A program made the position numbers and the translations under genes. Positions 9,220 to 18,722 of a DNA stretch of 64,000 bases are shown one piece after another (positions within the stretch are counted from its first letter, which is position 1; each line of letters starts with the position of its first letter). The stretch lies in sequence record MW272540.1, one strand, 5' to 3'. Below the pieces are notes generated by a model, which had not been told where the DNA came from, made no database searches, and saw only the letters and a program-made list of their open reading frames with translations.

Positions 9220-9993
9220 ATGGCTAAAAAAGAAGAACTAAAGGAATTTGACCTTGGTGTAATCAATGAGATTGTGGAATCTAATACCGCACCAGAAGCA
9301 AAGGCTAAAATCCAAACCTATGCAAAAGAGTGTGGGTTTAAGATCAGTAAATCAAATATTTCAGTTGACGATATGATCCAAAAATTGCTTGAAATGGCTG
9401 ACGAAAAAGAAAACGAGAAGCTGAATGCAAGCCCTATGGACAAAGTACCAACTCCAAAGGTCGATGTGGAATATAAACCGTCAGAGACAAAGGTTGAGGT
9501 TCCAGTTGAACCAATGGAACCAATCGGTTATAATCCCCCAGAGGTTGAGTTTGAAAAACTTACTGAAGCGATTCAGAAAGAAGAGTTGTATATTAAAGAA
9601 AAACTATCTATGGATGGTGTTGGTATTCCCACGGCAGATGAGCTTATAAAGACTTCTGGTGAACTGTACACACCATCAGTACCAGAGGATGGGAAATCTG
9701 TAGAAGTCGCTAAAACCGCAGCCAGTGAGCCGGAGAAAGTCGATCTTGATTGGATGACTGGGTTTACTCCAAAAACTTCTTTGATTGGCGTAACCGGGAA
9801 ACAGTATATGAACTGTCCATATTGGATTCTTGATTGGATTCTTGAAACAGGACCCACTTGGAAATCAAAGATTTCTGAAAATCCACGTGTATCGGACCAT
9901 GCAATGTTGAAGACTGTTCTTTATTACATTGTAATTAACGGTTCTGTTACCGTGCGAGAAAGTCGGAATTCCCAGTATCATACACTTTATTAA
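9220..9993 (+). CDS. inh: Inhibitor of prohead protease
   Basis: C-terminal PYWILDWI...WK...VLYYIVINGSVTVRESRNS matches T4 Inh; CTAAATA at 9186. Confidence 0.85.
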   Translation: MAKKEELKEFDLGVINEIVESNTAPEAKAKIQTYAKECGFKISKSNISVDDMIQKLLEMADEKENEKLNASPMDKVPTPKVDVEYKPSETKVEVPVEPMEPIGYNPPEVEFEKLTEAIQKEELYIKEKLSMDGVGIPTADELIKTSGELYTPSVPEDGKSVEVAKTAASEPEKVDLDWMTGFTPKTSLIGVTGKQYMNCPYWILDWILETGPTWKSKISENPRVSDHAMLKTVLYYIVINGSVTVRESRNSQYHTLY

Positions 9994-9997
9994 AATT

Positions 9998-10023
9998 AAG
10001 CCATCCTACTGGGTGGCTTTTTT
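9998..10023 (+). terminator. Rho-independent terminator
   Basis: AGCCATCC-tact-GGGTGGCT followed by a T run. Confidence 0.75.
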
Positions 10024-10076
10024 GATCCCTAAATATAGAATGGTCTATTTTGGCCTGTATTTAGAAGGATTAATAA

Positions 10077-10280
10077 ATGTATAGATTCACACAAGCAAAT
10101 CATGATACCTTTTTATTGACTGGTTATGAAGGGGATTATGACAAGGTAATAAGTCGGATCGACTTACATTTAGAAGAGATGTTAACTCCCTATTTCAGGG
10201 ATGGATTTAAGGTGGTTGTATTTTGTTCTAGTGCGGATAAGTTTATTTTATTAGAAAAGAACAAAACTAGTGTTTTTTAA
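10077..10280 (+). CDS. Hypothetical protein, 67 aa
   Basis: AAGGA SD; CTAAATA at 10029. Confidence 0.55.
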   Translation: MYRFTQANHDTFLLTGYEGDYDKVISRIDLHLEEMLTPYFRDGFKVVVFCSSADKFILLEKNKTSVF

Positions 10281-10355
10281 ATTATAACATGGTAGAATGA
10301 TATTCTTAATTAAAATTGGATGGATACTTTTTCATCCAATTTTGATTATTTTTTG

Positions 10356-10471
10356 ATCAAAATATTAGTTTCAATTGTAATCAAACTATAGATTCTCTAT
10401 AAGTATTTATATAGAAGATCTATAATTAGAACGAACGAAGTGAGTCGCCGGAGGCGGTTCGCTACGCTCAC
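10356..10471. repeat. Composite repeat copy 1: AT-rich block B (10356-10431) plus 41-bp block A (10431-10471)
   Basis: A (ACGAACGAAGTGAGTCGCCGGAGGCGGTTCGCTACGCTCAC) is identical to 53572-53612; B is a near-identical reverse complement of about 53621-53699. Confidence 0.9.
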
Positions 10472-10508
10472 TATTAATTTATGTATTTAGATGTGTTAGA
10501 ATGACTGT

Positions 10509-11075
10509 ATGAAAAGACGAATCGTAACTCTAATAGGTACTAGATACCCACAAAAAGAATATCAAGACCTAATGGTGCGCATCGGAAAGGCTTTTTCTGA
10601 AAAAGGATATGGTGCTCGTTCTGGTGGTGCTATTGGTTCTGATACTCTATTTTTACAAGAATATGATCCTAAGCTAACTATCATTTATAGACCCGATGAT
10701 AGACCCGGATGTGTGAATGTAAAGAATCATGAAAATTATTATGAATTTGAACTTATTGCCTCACGTGTTCATTGTTTAGGTTCTGGTGTTGGATGGGAAT
10801 TTATGCCTATAGGACATCAAGAACTTCACGCAAGAAATGTACCCCAAGTAATGGGTCTGAATCTAAAAACGTATTCAGATCTTGTGGTGTTCTGTGCCGA
10901 TGAAAATCATCGTGGTACGGTTTCTGGTGGAACAGCAACCGCTGTTAAAATAGCCCGGTCCTTAAATATTCCAACTATCAATATTATGAATGACGAGCAA
11001 AGAAAGAAGCTTTGTCAATGGCTAAAAATAGAAGATATACCGAAATATGAAAAGGTGGACATTTTCAACCTCTAA
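10509..11075 (+). CDS. SLOG-superfamily (DprA/Smf-like) nucleotide-binding protein
   Basis: LIGTR, RSGGAIGSD, LHARN, LVVF, SGGTATAVKIARSLNIP. Confidence 0.75.
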   Translation: MKRRIVTLIGTRYPQKEYQDLMVRIGKAFSEKGYGARSGGAIGSDTLFLQEYDPKLTIIYRPDDRPGCVNVKNHENYYEFELIASRVHCLGSGVGWEFMPIGHQELHARNVPQVMGLNLKTYSDLVVFCADENHRGTVSGGTATAVKIARSLNIPTINIMNDEQRKKLCQWLKIEDIPKYEKVDIFNL

Positions 11076-11114
11076 ATATTATTGTGGAATAGAACAATAA
11101 AAATAGAGGTTTGA

Positions 11115-11459
11115 ATGAAAAACTCACCACGGAAAATAGCTCACAAAGCCCATGATGCAATTCGACGTTTTAATTTGGTTCTTGGAGATACCGATACTTT
11201 ATGGAAAGATGAGCCAGAACGTGTTAAACGTGTTTGGTCTAAACATGTTTCTTATATAATTGACCATCCTGATTCTGACGCAAGAACAGTTCACGATCTA
11301 TGGAGGACATATAAACATAAAGAAGGGTGGATCTTCGGGGAAGAAAAATCATCAGAGGATAAGACACACCCATGTCTTACAACATATGACGACCTTCACG
11401 AAATTGAAAAGATGAAGTATTACATTTTCATGGAAACTATAAAAGAGCATAATAAATAA
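11115..11459 (+). CDS. RyR-domain protein
   Basis: HDLW..YKHKEGWIFGEEKS..KTHPCLTTYDDL..EK matches the RyR repeat consensus H..W..K..GW.YG..D..K.HP.L.PY..L. Confidence 0.8.
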   Translation: MKNSPRKIAHKAHDAIRRFNLVLGDTDTLWKDEPERVKRVWSKHVSYIIDHPDSDARTVHDLWRTYKHKEGWIFGEEKSSEDKTHPCLTTYDDLHEIEKMKYYIFMETIKEHNK

Positions 11460-11489
11460 AAAAGCCCCGACCAAAATCGGGGCTTTTTC
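11460..11489. terminator. Bidirectional terminator
   Basis: AAAAGCCCCGA-loop-TCGGGGCTTTT between convergent genes. Confidence 0.8.
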
Positions 11490-11702
11490 TTATTTCATAA
11501 GAGCTTTTATAAATCGCTCTTGATCGCTTTTAGGGATTGAGTTTAAATACTCTTTAGTTCTTGATAACTCAGAGTCAAAACGAAATTTATTATCCTTAAC
11601 TTTTTGTTCAAAGATCCGCTTCTGTGTTTCGTCTGGACTGGAATTAATAAGTTCTGCACATAGTTTAGTTAAATCACTATCCCATACTGTCATACCTGTC
11701 AT
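11490..11702 (-). CDS. Hypothetical protein, 70 aa
   Basis: ATG overlaps the gp24 stop (ATGA). Confidence 0.55.
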   Translation of the reverse strand: MTGMTVWDSDLTKLCAELINSSPDETQKRIFEQKVKDNKFRFDSELSRTKEYLNSIPKSDQERFIKALMK

Positions 11703-12931
11703 TGTTGATAATCCTGCATTTCTACAATACACATCCGGGCCAGCTGAGATTTATTCGCAGCACCCACCCAATCTTCACCATCATAAACTTTTGCTGGGTC
11801 CGCATCGATTTTTGTAAAATCTGGGGAGCAGCTAAGAGCGTATCGGTTGATGATCCCGATCACAGGTTGTAATGCTTGTGGGTCAGACGCAACCATAAAC
11901 GTCCCGGCTTCGTCTTCTTCGATATATGGACTGTAATATACAGCAGACACTGTATCCATTCCTTCAAACTGTTTCTTAACACCAACCAGCATATAATGAA
12001 CTGGGGTTTTTGTATCAACTACCAATTGCATTTTTGTACCGATAATTCGGTGTTCGTTGTCAACGAGTCCAGAGGTCTGTATCAACGCTGCAACGTGCGC
12101 ACTAGCTAACAGATAGGTTGGCTTAAAGGATGTGTCCAGAGTGATTTGAGCGCCCATACGACACGCTCTAGCAACCAGATCCCGACCGGCAAAGTATTCT
12201 GTAGTAGCTACGTTGTAGGGAACCGCTTTCTTTTCTTTAGTTGCAACTGTTACCAGCTTCATGATGATATCGCTGTTAATTTCTTCCGCAATAGCAACAG
12301 ATAAAAGATCCTCAACAGCAGCATCCCCATCCATATTCATACCGGCTAGGTCTTGAAGCATTTCTACTGTAATTTCAGTTCTCAGTTTACGACTTCTAAC
12401 ATGAGCTTTCCATTTATTCATAACATAACGAATATCTTGGATCTCGGTGTCTTCTTGGGTATAAGGTTGAATTGCATCAACAACAAGACGCAGATCCCCA
12501 GTAAATACCTTTTCGTAAGTTTGTTCGAATGTCAATGTACCGAAATCACCAGCTTTAAGAACTTGGAATACATAACCGTCTTTTCTGAAATAATCCCCTA
12601 CAGCCATACCGTCAGCAGGATCGCCAACTTGAGTAGCCATATTAAAATTACCACCATAATTACGGTTGTCAAGGTTAATATCTCTAATTTGAGAACCGTC
12701 TTTACTTACATATTCATATCTAACACCAAAAACGTTAGCTACTGGGTCACGTGTAGGTTGAACGCCCGCCAACTCATCGTAAATCTTGTTAAAGGTTTTT
12801 CTTGTTAGAGATACAAGAGAAGGGCGACCAGATACAATATCATCACTTCCAGATTCCGTAATTAGGTTTCCAGACATACGAGATTCTTTAATAAGATCCT
12901 GTATCTTTTTAGAATATATTTTGTTATTCAT
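11699..12931 (-). CDS. gp24: Capsid vertex protein
   Basis: GRPSLVSLTR, KSRKL-type RSRKLRTEITVEMLQDL, YYSPY; follows gp23. Confidence 0.92.
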   Translation of the reverse strand: MNNKIYSKKIQDLIKESRMSGNLITESGSDDIVSGRPSLVSLTRKTFNKIYDELAGVQPTRDPVANVFGVRYEYVSKDGSQIRDINLDNRNYGGNFNMATQVGDPADGMAVGDYFRKDGYVFQVLKAGDFGTLTFEQTYEKVFTGDLRLVVDAIQPYTQEDTEIQDIRYVMNKWKAHVRSRKLRTEITVEMLQDLAGMNMDGDAAVEDLLSVAIAEEINSDIIMKLVTVATKEKKAVPYNVATTEYFAGRDLVARACRMGAQITLDTSFKPTYLLASAHVAALIQTSGLVDNEHRIIGTKMQLVVDTKTPVHYMLVGVKKQFEGMDTVSAVYYSPYIEEDEAGTFMVASDPQALQPVIGIINRYALSCSPDFTKIDADPAKVYDGEDWVGAANKSQLARMCIVEMQDYQQ

Positions 12932-12974
12932 TTTGATTTGTTCCTTGAATAGTTTATTTTATTTAGGCCAAACG

Positions 12975-13008
12975 AAAAAGGGGACTGCATATAGCAGTCC
13001 CCTTTTTT
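12975..13008. terminator. Terminator after gp23
   Basis: AAAAAGGGGACTGC-atata-GCAGTCCCCTTTTTT. Confidence 0.85.
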
Positions 13009-13023
13009 AAAGGATTTACCTTA

Positions 13024-14706
13024 TTATGCACCCAGTACACGAACACGACGGTAGAAGGAGTTTTTACCGAAGATTGCAGCACCCGGCATACCGGACTTAA
13101 TCTTCTCAAAGCCCTTGTTCTTAGCGCCATCAGCGAACGGATGGAGTTTCAGACCGTACCGAGTCTTGAAACCAAGGATGGTTTGGAAGGACTTCGGATC
13201 AGTACCACGGAGCGGAGTCAGCGGAACGTATGGGCAGTAGTACAGACCAGCATCCATTTCGGAGCTACCCTTGTAACCTACAGTGAAATAATCTTCAACA
13301 GCGTATTGGTCGATATACACGCGGTATTTGTTAGCCAGAACGCCAGCGAACACGCTTACAGAGGTATCTGTGTTCATGGTAGTAGTACCAGCAGCAGCAG
13401 GGCTTACCAGTTGGTCACTAGAACCCAGAATTACCGCAACGTTACGGGAACAAACCAAGAAGTTACCATTACCACGACCGGTTTGACGACCGATTTCAGC
13501 GGCTTCTTTATCGATTTGGGTAACAAGCGCCTTCGCACTTTCACCTTGCCAACGAGCACCACGAACATCGTTCGGGTCACCGAAGTTAAACACGCCAGTA
13601 GCGCCACCATGTTGGTTAGTCCAACCAGATTTACCGATTTGTGCGGTAGCGTTGATCCACAGGATCAGCTCACGGTTGATTTCCAGCATGATTTCGTTAG
13701 CCAGAATAGAACTCAGCTCGCTGTCAGCATCCAGACCGTGTACGTTACGCAGATCTTGCGCCAGCTCGATGGAGTATTGAGCTTTCAGTTGACGGGCTTT
13801 CGCTTCAACAACTTGCTTGTCGATTCGGAAACTCATCTCGTTCCATGGGTTATCAGTAGAACCGTTGAAGTTTTCCTGAAGTTCAGCCATGGAAGTTGCC
13901 ATACCTTCACCGATTTCAACTGCCAGTTTATCATTGATCAGTTTCTTATAACCAGCGGTTTTTGCATCCGGGGCGGTATCAGCAGTATAAGCTTGGATAA
14001 ACTGAACTACTTTAGTACCAGAACCGGAGTAATTATCAACTTCTTCGTCCAGTTGGAAGCGAGCCAGATCACCAACAGAATAGGTAGTGGCTTTATCGAA
14101 AGCTGGGATCAGCGGTTTGGTTGCACCACGACCGGAGAAGCTTGCATCAGGACCGTACATCGGGTGGAATGCTTCACGAGCTTGTGCGTCCAGAGCGTCA
14201 TCACCATAGATTGCACGAAGGGTGAACACTTGACCAGTAGAGTTAACCATCGGCTGAACACCACAGATATCAAATGCAATCAGGTTAGCAATTGCACGAC
14301 GAGCCAGACCCATAACAGCCGGACCTACAGTGGTGATGTTACCAGAAGCTTCACCAGAGGCGATCTTCACAGCATCATAACCATGGTCACCAACGATGTT
14401 TGCTTCGGTCAGAACGGTTTGCAGTTCGGTATCCGACAGTTCTTTACCTTCAGACAGAGCTTGTTGTTTAGCTTCGTTGATCAGGGCTTTTGCTTCTTCC
14501 AGTTGAGCTTTGCGACCGGCTACGTCAATCATGGAATCGATAACAGATTGGTCGGTATAAACACCACCATCGTTAGATTTAATATCGTTGAACTGGTTTT
14601 CCATCAGACGGGCAACGATATCTTTGCGCTTCATTGACGCAATTTCCGGTGCACCTTCTTTTTCCAGCAAAGGCTTCCACTTATTAAGAATAGTAGATTT
14701 AGACAT
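13024..14706 (-). CDS. gp23: Major capsid protein
   Basis: GDHGYDA, DICGVQPM, YSIELAQDL, YCPYVPLTPLRG, FKTRYG. Confidence 0.97.
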   Translation of the reverse strand: MSKSTILNKWKPLLEKEGAPEIASMKRKDIVARLMENQFNDIKSNDGGVYTDQSVIDSMIDVAGRKAQLEEAKALINEAKQQALSEGKELSDTELQTVLTEANIVGDHGYDAVKIASGEASGNITTVGPAVMGLARRAIANLIAFDICGVQPMVNSTGQVFTLRAIYGDDALDAQAREAFHPMYGPDASFSGRGATKPLIPAFDKATTYSVGDLARFQLDEEVDNYSGSGTKVVQFIQAYTADTAPDAKTAGYKKLINDKLAVEIGEGMATSMAELQENFNGSTDNPWNEMSFRIDKQVVEAKARQLKAQYSIELAQDLRNVHGLDADSELSSILANEIMLEINRELILWINATAQIGKSGWTNQHGGATGVFNFGDPNDVRGARWQGESAKALVTQIDKEAAEIGRQTGRGNGNFLVCSRNVAVILGSSDQLVSPAAAGTTTMNTDTSVSVFAGVLANKYRVYIDQYAVEDYFTVGYKGSSEMDAGLYYCPYVPLTPLRGTDPKSFQTILGFKTRYGLKLHPFADGAKNKGFEKIKSGMPGAAIFGKNSFYRRVRVLGA

Positions 14707-14829
14707 TTTTATTTTCCTTTAAGGTTTATATTTTAAAAAGTTTTCGGATGAAAGAACCATTTCCTTCTCTCCTTACAAAATTATTTAGGGGTGATTTTTT
14801 ATAGTGTTTTTAACCACCCCTGAAATTAA

Positions 14830-15672
14830 TTACCAGTAAACGTATTGCTTAATGGACTCGTCGATTTTGGTGGATTTAGATTTCTTATCTTCGTCTTTAT
14901 CCTTACCTTTATCGTCTTTGTCTTTGCCTTCACCTTCGTCTTCGGTGTCATCTTTCTTAAAGTTCAGTTTGTCTTTATCTTCCTGCTCATTAAGATTGGT
15001 GGCTTTGGTTTCTACTTTTTGTGAAACCATCTCAACCAAAGAACCAATACGAGATTTGAATGCGTCAGCATCACCGAAAGTAATTCCCTCGCTCAAAGTC
15101 ATAACCTGTTCTTGTTGAATAACAGTCAGATCCTTAATAGACTCGGAAAGAATAGATTCACGCTCTTTACTCTGCAAAGATTCGGTCAGACTAGTATTTT
15201 TTGTCAGAAGAGTATTAATCTTCTCGTGTGCTTCGGAAAGTTCGGACTCCATTTCTGCAACAACATCGATAGACTCTTCAGGTACATGTACGTTATGTGC
15301 AACAAATGCCTCTTTCAGAGTTGCCAACAGACTTTCTGTCATTTGGGACTTAATACCAGATTGGATTGCAACTTTGTTGTCTTCCATAAACTGTTCTGTC
15401 AGGTGCTCAAAATAACCATCCAGAGTTTGCATCAGTTCTTCGTTTTTCTGGCGAGCAGCTTCTTCAACCAGTTCATCACTACGAGCGGCTAGTGCTTCGA
15501 TGTGTGATTCAGCCAGTCGAACGGCTTCGGAACGAACTTTAGCCTGAAAAACATCAGTCAGAGTTTCCTTAACACTTTCGTTTAATTGAACCCCTTCAAG
15601 CGCCTTGCTCAAAGCATCAGATTCAATAGTGATATTTTTAGCTTCACTAAGCAGTTGGTCTTTAATAGACAT
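14830..15672 (-). CDS. gp22: Prohead core scaffold
   Basis: Acidic coiled coil, VDVVAEME-like SIDVVAEME; synteny. Confidence 0.9.
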   Translation of the reverse strand: MSIKDQLLSEAKNITIESDALSKALEGVQLNESVKETLTDVFQAKVRSEAVRLAESHIEALAARSDELVEEAARQKNEELMQTLDGYFEHLTEQFMEDNKVAIQSGIKSQMTESLLATLKEAFVAHNVHVPEESIDVVAEMESELSEAHEKINTLLTKNTSLTESLQSKERESILSESIKDLTVIQQEQVMTLSEGITFGDADAFKSRIGSLVEMVSQKVETKATNLNEQEDKDKLNFKKDDTEDEGEGKDKDDKGKDKDEDKKSKSTKIDESIKQYVYW

Positions 15673-15696
15673 TGGGTTTTTCCTTATAATTGAAAA

Positions 15697-16383
15697 TTAA
15701 CTTTTTAATGCTTCGATTAAATTCTTAATCGCCTCATCATCTGTATTATTTAGGGGTTCATTTTTTGACTCATTCATACGATAAGCATTTGTATAAGCAC
15801 TAGGAGCACTCGGACCCCAAACAACGTCAACACCAACAGTTAGTTTATATCCCTCTTGAACCTCATTAAGCCCCTTAGAATTACGTTTTAGAGACCCCAG
15901 TCCACGAGAACTAACACCGGGAACCCAACCAGCGCGAATTAAAGCCGCAACTTTATCACCTTCTGCACCATCACCCTCGACAATTCTAGCCTTACCCCAA
16001 ACATCATTTCCTTTCCACCATAGTTTTTCAATAACCAAGGCAGCATGTTTAGGATCTGGATAAGATCTATTTCCGGGGTGATTAAGTTCACCAATAGATT
16101 GTTTGATATTAACTTGCTCTTTTATATATTTATCAACTGCCTTTTCCAAAATCTTTTTCGGATAAATCCGACCATTTCCATTTGGAATTTCAGCTTGAAG
16201 GAAAATACCCTCTATATACAAATTACCAGTATCTTTATCGTTGTATGATTCAACGAGTAACCCTTTACCATTACTCTCTGAAACACCTTCAGGACAACCC
16301 CAATTTTCAATTAGGAGTTTAACGTCTGATGGTTTTCCCGAATCTCTTCCTTCCCAAGTTTCGTTTATTGTGTCCATGATCAA
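15697..16383 (-). CDS. gp21: Prohead protease
   Basis: LYIEGIFLQAE, GELNHP, GWVPGVSSRGLG, VDVVWGPSAP. Confidence 0.95.
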   Translation of the reverse strand: MIMDTINETWEGRDSGKPSDVKLLIENWGCPEGVSESNGKGLLVESYNDKDTGNLYIEGIFLQAEIPNGNGRIYPKKILEKAVDKYIKEQVNIKQSIGELNHPGNRSYPDPKHAALVIEKLWWKGNDVWGKARIVEGDGAEGDKVAALIRAGWVPGVSSRGLGSLKRNSKGLNEVQEGYKLTVGVDVVWGPSAPSAYTNAYRMNESKNEPLNNTDDEAIKNLIEALKS

Positions 16384-16850
16384 AGCCCCATAGAATGACG
16401 CTTGCGCATTGCCTTTTTATACTTACGTTGGGCTCTTACTTGGATAGACGGGTTTGCCCGCTTGGTTTTAACTGCATGTCGTGCAATTTGACGCCGTTGG
16501 CTCTTACTAAGACCAGTGGTCTGTGTAGCCCGACGCTCACGAGTAGCCCGGTCATGAATACGAGTAACCGCACCCATGGAGTTGACACGCTTAACCAAAA
16601 CCTCATTTAGATCGGTTTCATTTTCAAGAATAGAGATAATAGCCAAAGCTTCGATTGCATTATCTGCGATCATATTTTCGGCGATAATATATGCATCATC
16701 ACCAAAAGTTTCCAAAAGCTTTTGTGCTTTAGGTGCAGAAGATTCGATACATTCGGAAATTAGTTGTGTGAGTAAATCATACTCTACATCAGATTCAAGA
16801 ATGCGCGAACCTTTTACACCCCATTTAGAAATAACATCGGTTTTTTCCAT
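16380..16850 (-). CDS. gp68: Prohead core protein
   Basis: QTTGLSKSQRRQIARHAVKTK...RAQRK. Confidence 0.9.
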   Translation of the reverse strand: MEKTDVISKWGVKGSRILESDVEYDLLTQLISECIESSAPKAQKLLETFGDDAYIIAENMIADNAIEALAIISILENETDLNEVLVKRVNSMGAVTRIHDRATRERRATQTTGLSKSQRRQIARHAVKTKRANPSIQVRAQRKYKKAMRKRHSMGL

Positions 16851-16880
16851 TTCTTTTTCCTTCTGGGGTTAAATTAAAAG

Positions 16881-17036
16881 TTATTCTGTATCGTCCTCGA
16901 ATGGGGCTAGTTCAGCGCCAAGTTGGACACGCATTTCCTGTGTTTTAGCGGCAATTCGTGAAAACATTTCAGTTTCAAATGCGGAACGAGCATTCAAGAG
17001 ATTACCCGCTCTAGCTGCTTCGATAAATTCTTCCAT
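16881..17036 (-). CDS. gp67: Prohead core protein gp67 (51 aa; not in ORF track)
   Basis: MEEFIEAARAGNLLNARSAFETEM; lies between gp20 and gp68; AAGG SD. Confidence 0.75.
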   Translation of the reverse strand: MEEFIEAARAGNLLNARSAFETEMFSRIAAKTQEMRVQLGAELAPFEDDTE

Positions 17037-17061
17037 TTTTATATACCTTTATTTAGAGTTG

Positions 17062-18642
17062 TTAAAAATCGTCTAATCCATCTTCTGGGTTAGGTGGGTT
17101 GAAAATAGTAGATTTAGATTCTTCTTCAATCTTTTTAATCTCTTCTTCGATTTGTTGATCTGTCATTTTCATAATGTTTTTCATTACGAAATCATTTGAG
17201 TAATAACGACCAATAATCTGGTTGTTCATCATATCCCCAACCACACGGATCCGACGCTCTAGAATTTCAATATCTTTCAATTCTTCATAATAAGAATCTT
17301 TGGCATAAACGATCCGGATATTTTCCTTTTCTAAATCCCAATCCTCTTTAGACATAATGCCTTTCAAGATTAGGTTAGTAATAAGGGGATCATAAAAAAC
17401 CGCATCAAATTGTTTTTGCATACCACGAACAATCTTTGTAAAAAGAAGTTCATCGCGGGATATATCACCACCATTCGAGAAAGTAACACCACCAGATTCA
17501 GCTGGTAGTCTACTAAGTGGGATTTTCATCGCTTCATAAAGCTTCCTATTAAACCAGCGAACATCGTCCATCTCACCAAGTGATTGTGCACCCGGAAGAG
17601 TGCTAATTTCAGTAGACGCTTTACCATCTCTACGCATCAACCAGAAATCTTCTGTCATGCTTAGGTTATTAGATGCAGTTTTTACCTTACCGGTTGAAGT
17701 GTCATATATGACCCGATTTTTAAATCCTTGCATGACTTTATTTACATGTTCTGCTGCTTTTTTAGGTGGTATACCAGCAACATCAATATAGAAAACCCGT
17801 CTTTCTGGGGCGCGAGAAACACGATATATAACTAACGCATCCTCAAGCATTTTTAATTGGTTTGCTGGTTTAATTGCAGCATGGAGATAACCAATTATAG
17901 ACCGACCATCACAAGATACTTTCCCGCTATGTGCATATGTCATTGCATCACGTGGAATAATGATACGGTTGTTATTTGTTGAGTTTAGGTTGTAGTTAAT
18001 ATTCTCTACTCCGGAATATACGAAATATTCTCGATATCCTTTGTATATACCTTCACCCTCTTGGTTTTCTTTAAAGTTTTCTCTTACAAATTCAACAGCA
18101 CGTGGATCCAATAAGCGCATTTCTTTAATGCCTTCTTTTGGTTTTTTCGGATCTATCATTTTATGAAAATAAATTCGACTATCCACATACCATCTACGAT
18201 ATAATCTTTTTCCTTCTTTTTCGAAATGAAGGAGTCTCAATACTTCTGCGAACTCTTCTTGTACAAGTTTCTTAACTCTATCTCCCCATTTGGTTGAATC
18301 CAAATCTAGGGAAACGCAATTTTTTTCATCCTCTTGGACAATAGAATCGTTTACAATCTCATCAATCGCATTATCAACTTCGTGATAATTGGTCAACGAC
18401 CGATATTGGTTTATTAATTGACGAGTGTTTAAAATTTGTGGGTTAGTCCCAAAGGTATACGCTTGATATGCTCTTGTAGGAGCGGACGTATCCATTCTAT
18501 CAATCGAATTAGCACCATCTGGATTATCAGGAGCTGCAAAGCTATCTATTCCAGAGCTTAATTCGTCTTTTAATTCCTTATCTTCGGATTTCGCCCAAAG
18601 CTTTAGGAAATTTGGAATTCCAAAACCATTAGATGTGAACAT
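17062..18642 (-). CDS. gp20: Portal protein
   Basis: YHEVDNAIDEIVN, WYVDSRIYFH, EDALVIYRVSRAPERRVFYID, EDFWLMRRDG. Confidence 0.97.
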   Translation of the reverse strand: MFTSNGFGIPNFLKLWAKSEDKELKDELSSGIDSFAAPDNPDGANSIDRMDTSAPTRAYQAYTFGTNPQILNTRQLINQYRSLTNYHEVDNAIDEIVNDSIVQEDEKNCVSLDLDSTKWGDRVKKLVQEEFAEVLRLLHFEKEGKRLYRRWYVDSRIYFHKMIDPKKPKEGIKEMRLLDPRAVEFVRENFKENQEGEGIYKGYREYFVYSGVENINYNLNSTNNNRIIIPRDAMTYAHSGKVSCDGRSIIGYLHAAIKPANQLKMLEDALVIYRVSRAPERRVFYIDVAGIPPKKAAEHVNKVMQGFKNRVIYDTSTGKVKTASNNLSMTEDFWLMRRDGKASTEISTLPGAQSLGEMDDVRWFNRKLYEAMKIPLSRLPAESGGVTFSNGGDISRDELLFTKIVRGMQKQFDAVFYDPLITNLILKGIMSKEDWDLEKENIRIVYAKDSYYEELKDIEILERRIRVVGDMMNNQIIGRYYSNDFVMKNIMKMTDQQIEEEIKKIEEESKSTIFNPPNPEDGLDDF

Positions 18643-18722
18643 TTATGAGGGTTCCTTTAACTTTATCTATAATTATTTAGGGGGATAAAATTTAAGGAGG
18701 GGGAATAATCCCCCAACCCGCA

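Noticed and set aside
13141-14637. 498-aa plus-strand ORF antisense to gp23
   Set aside because: Mirror of the biased codon usage of the highly expressed capsid gene; no SD or recognisable motifs.
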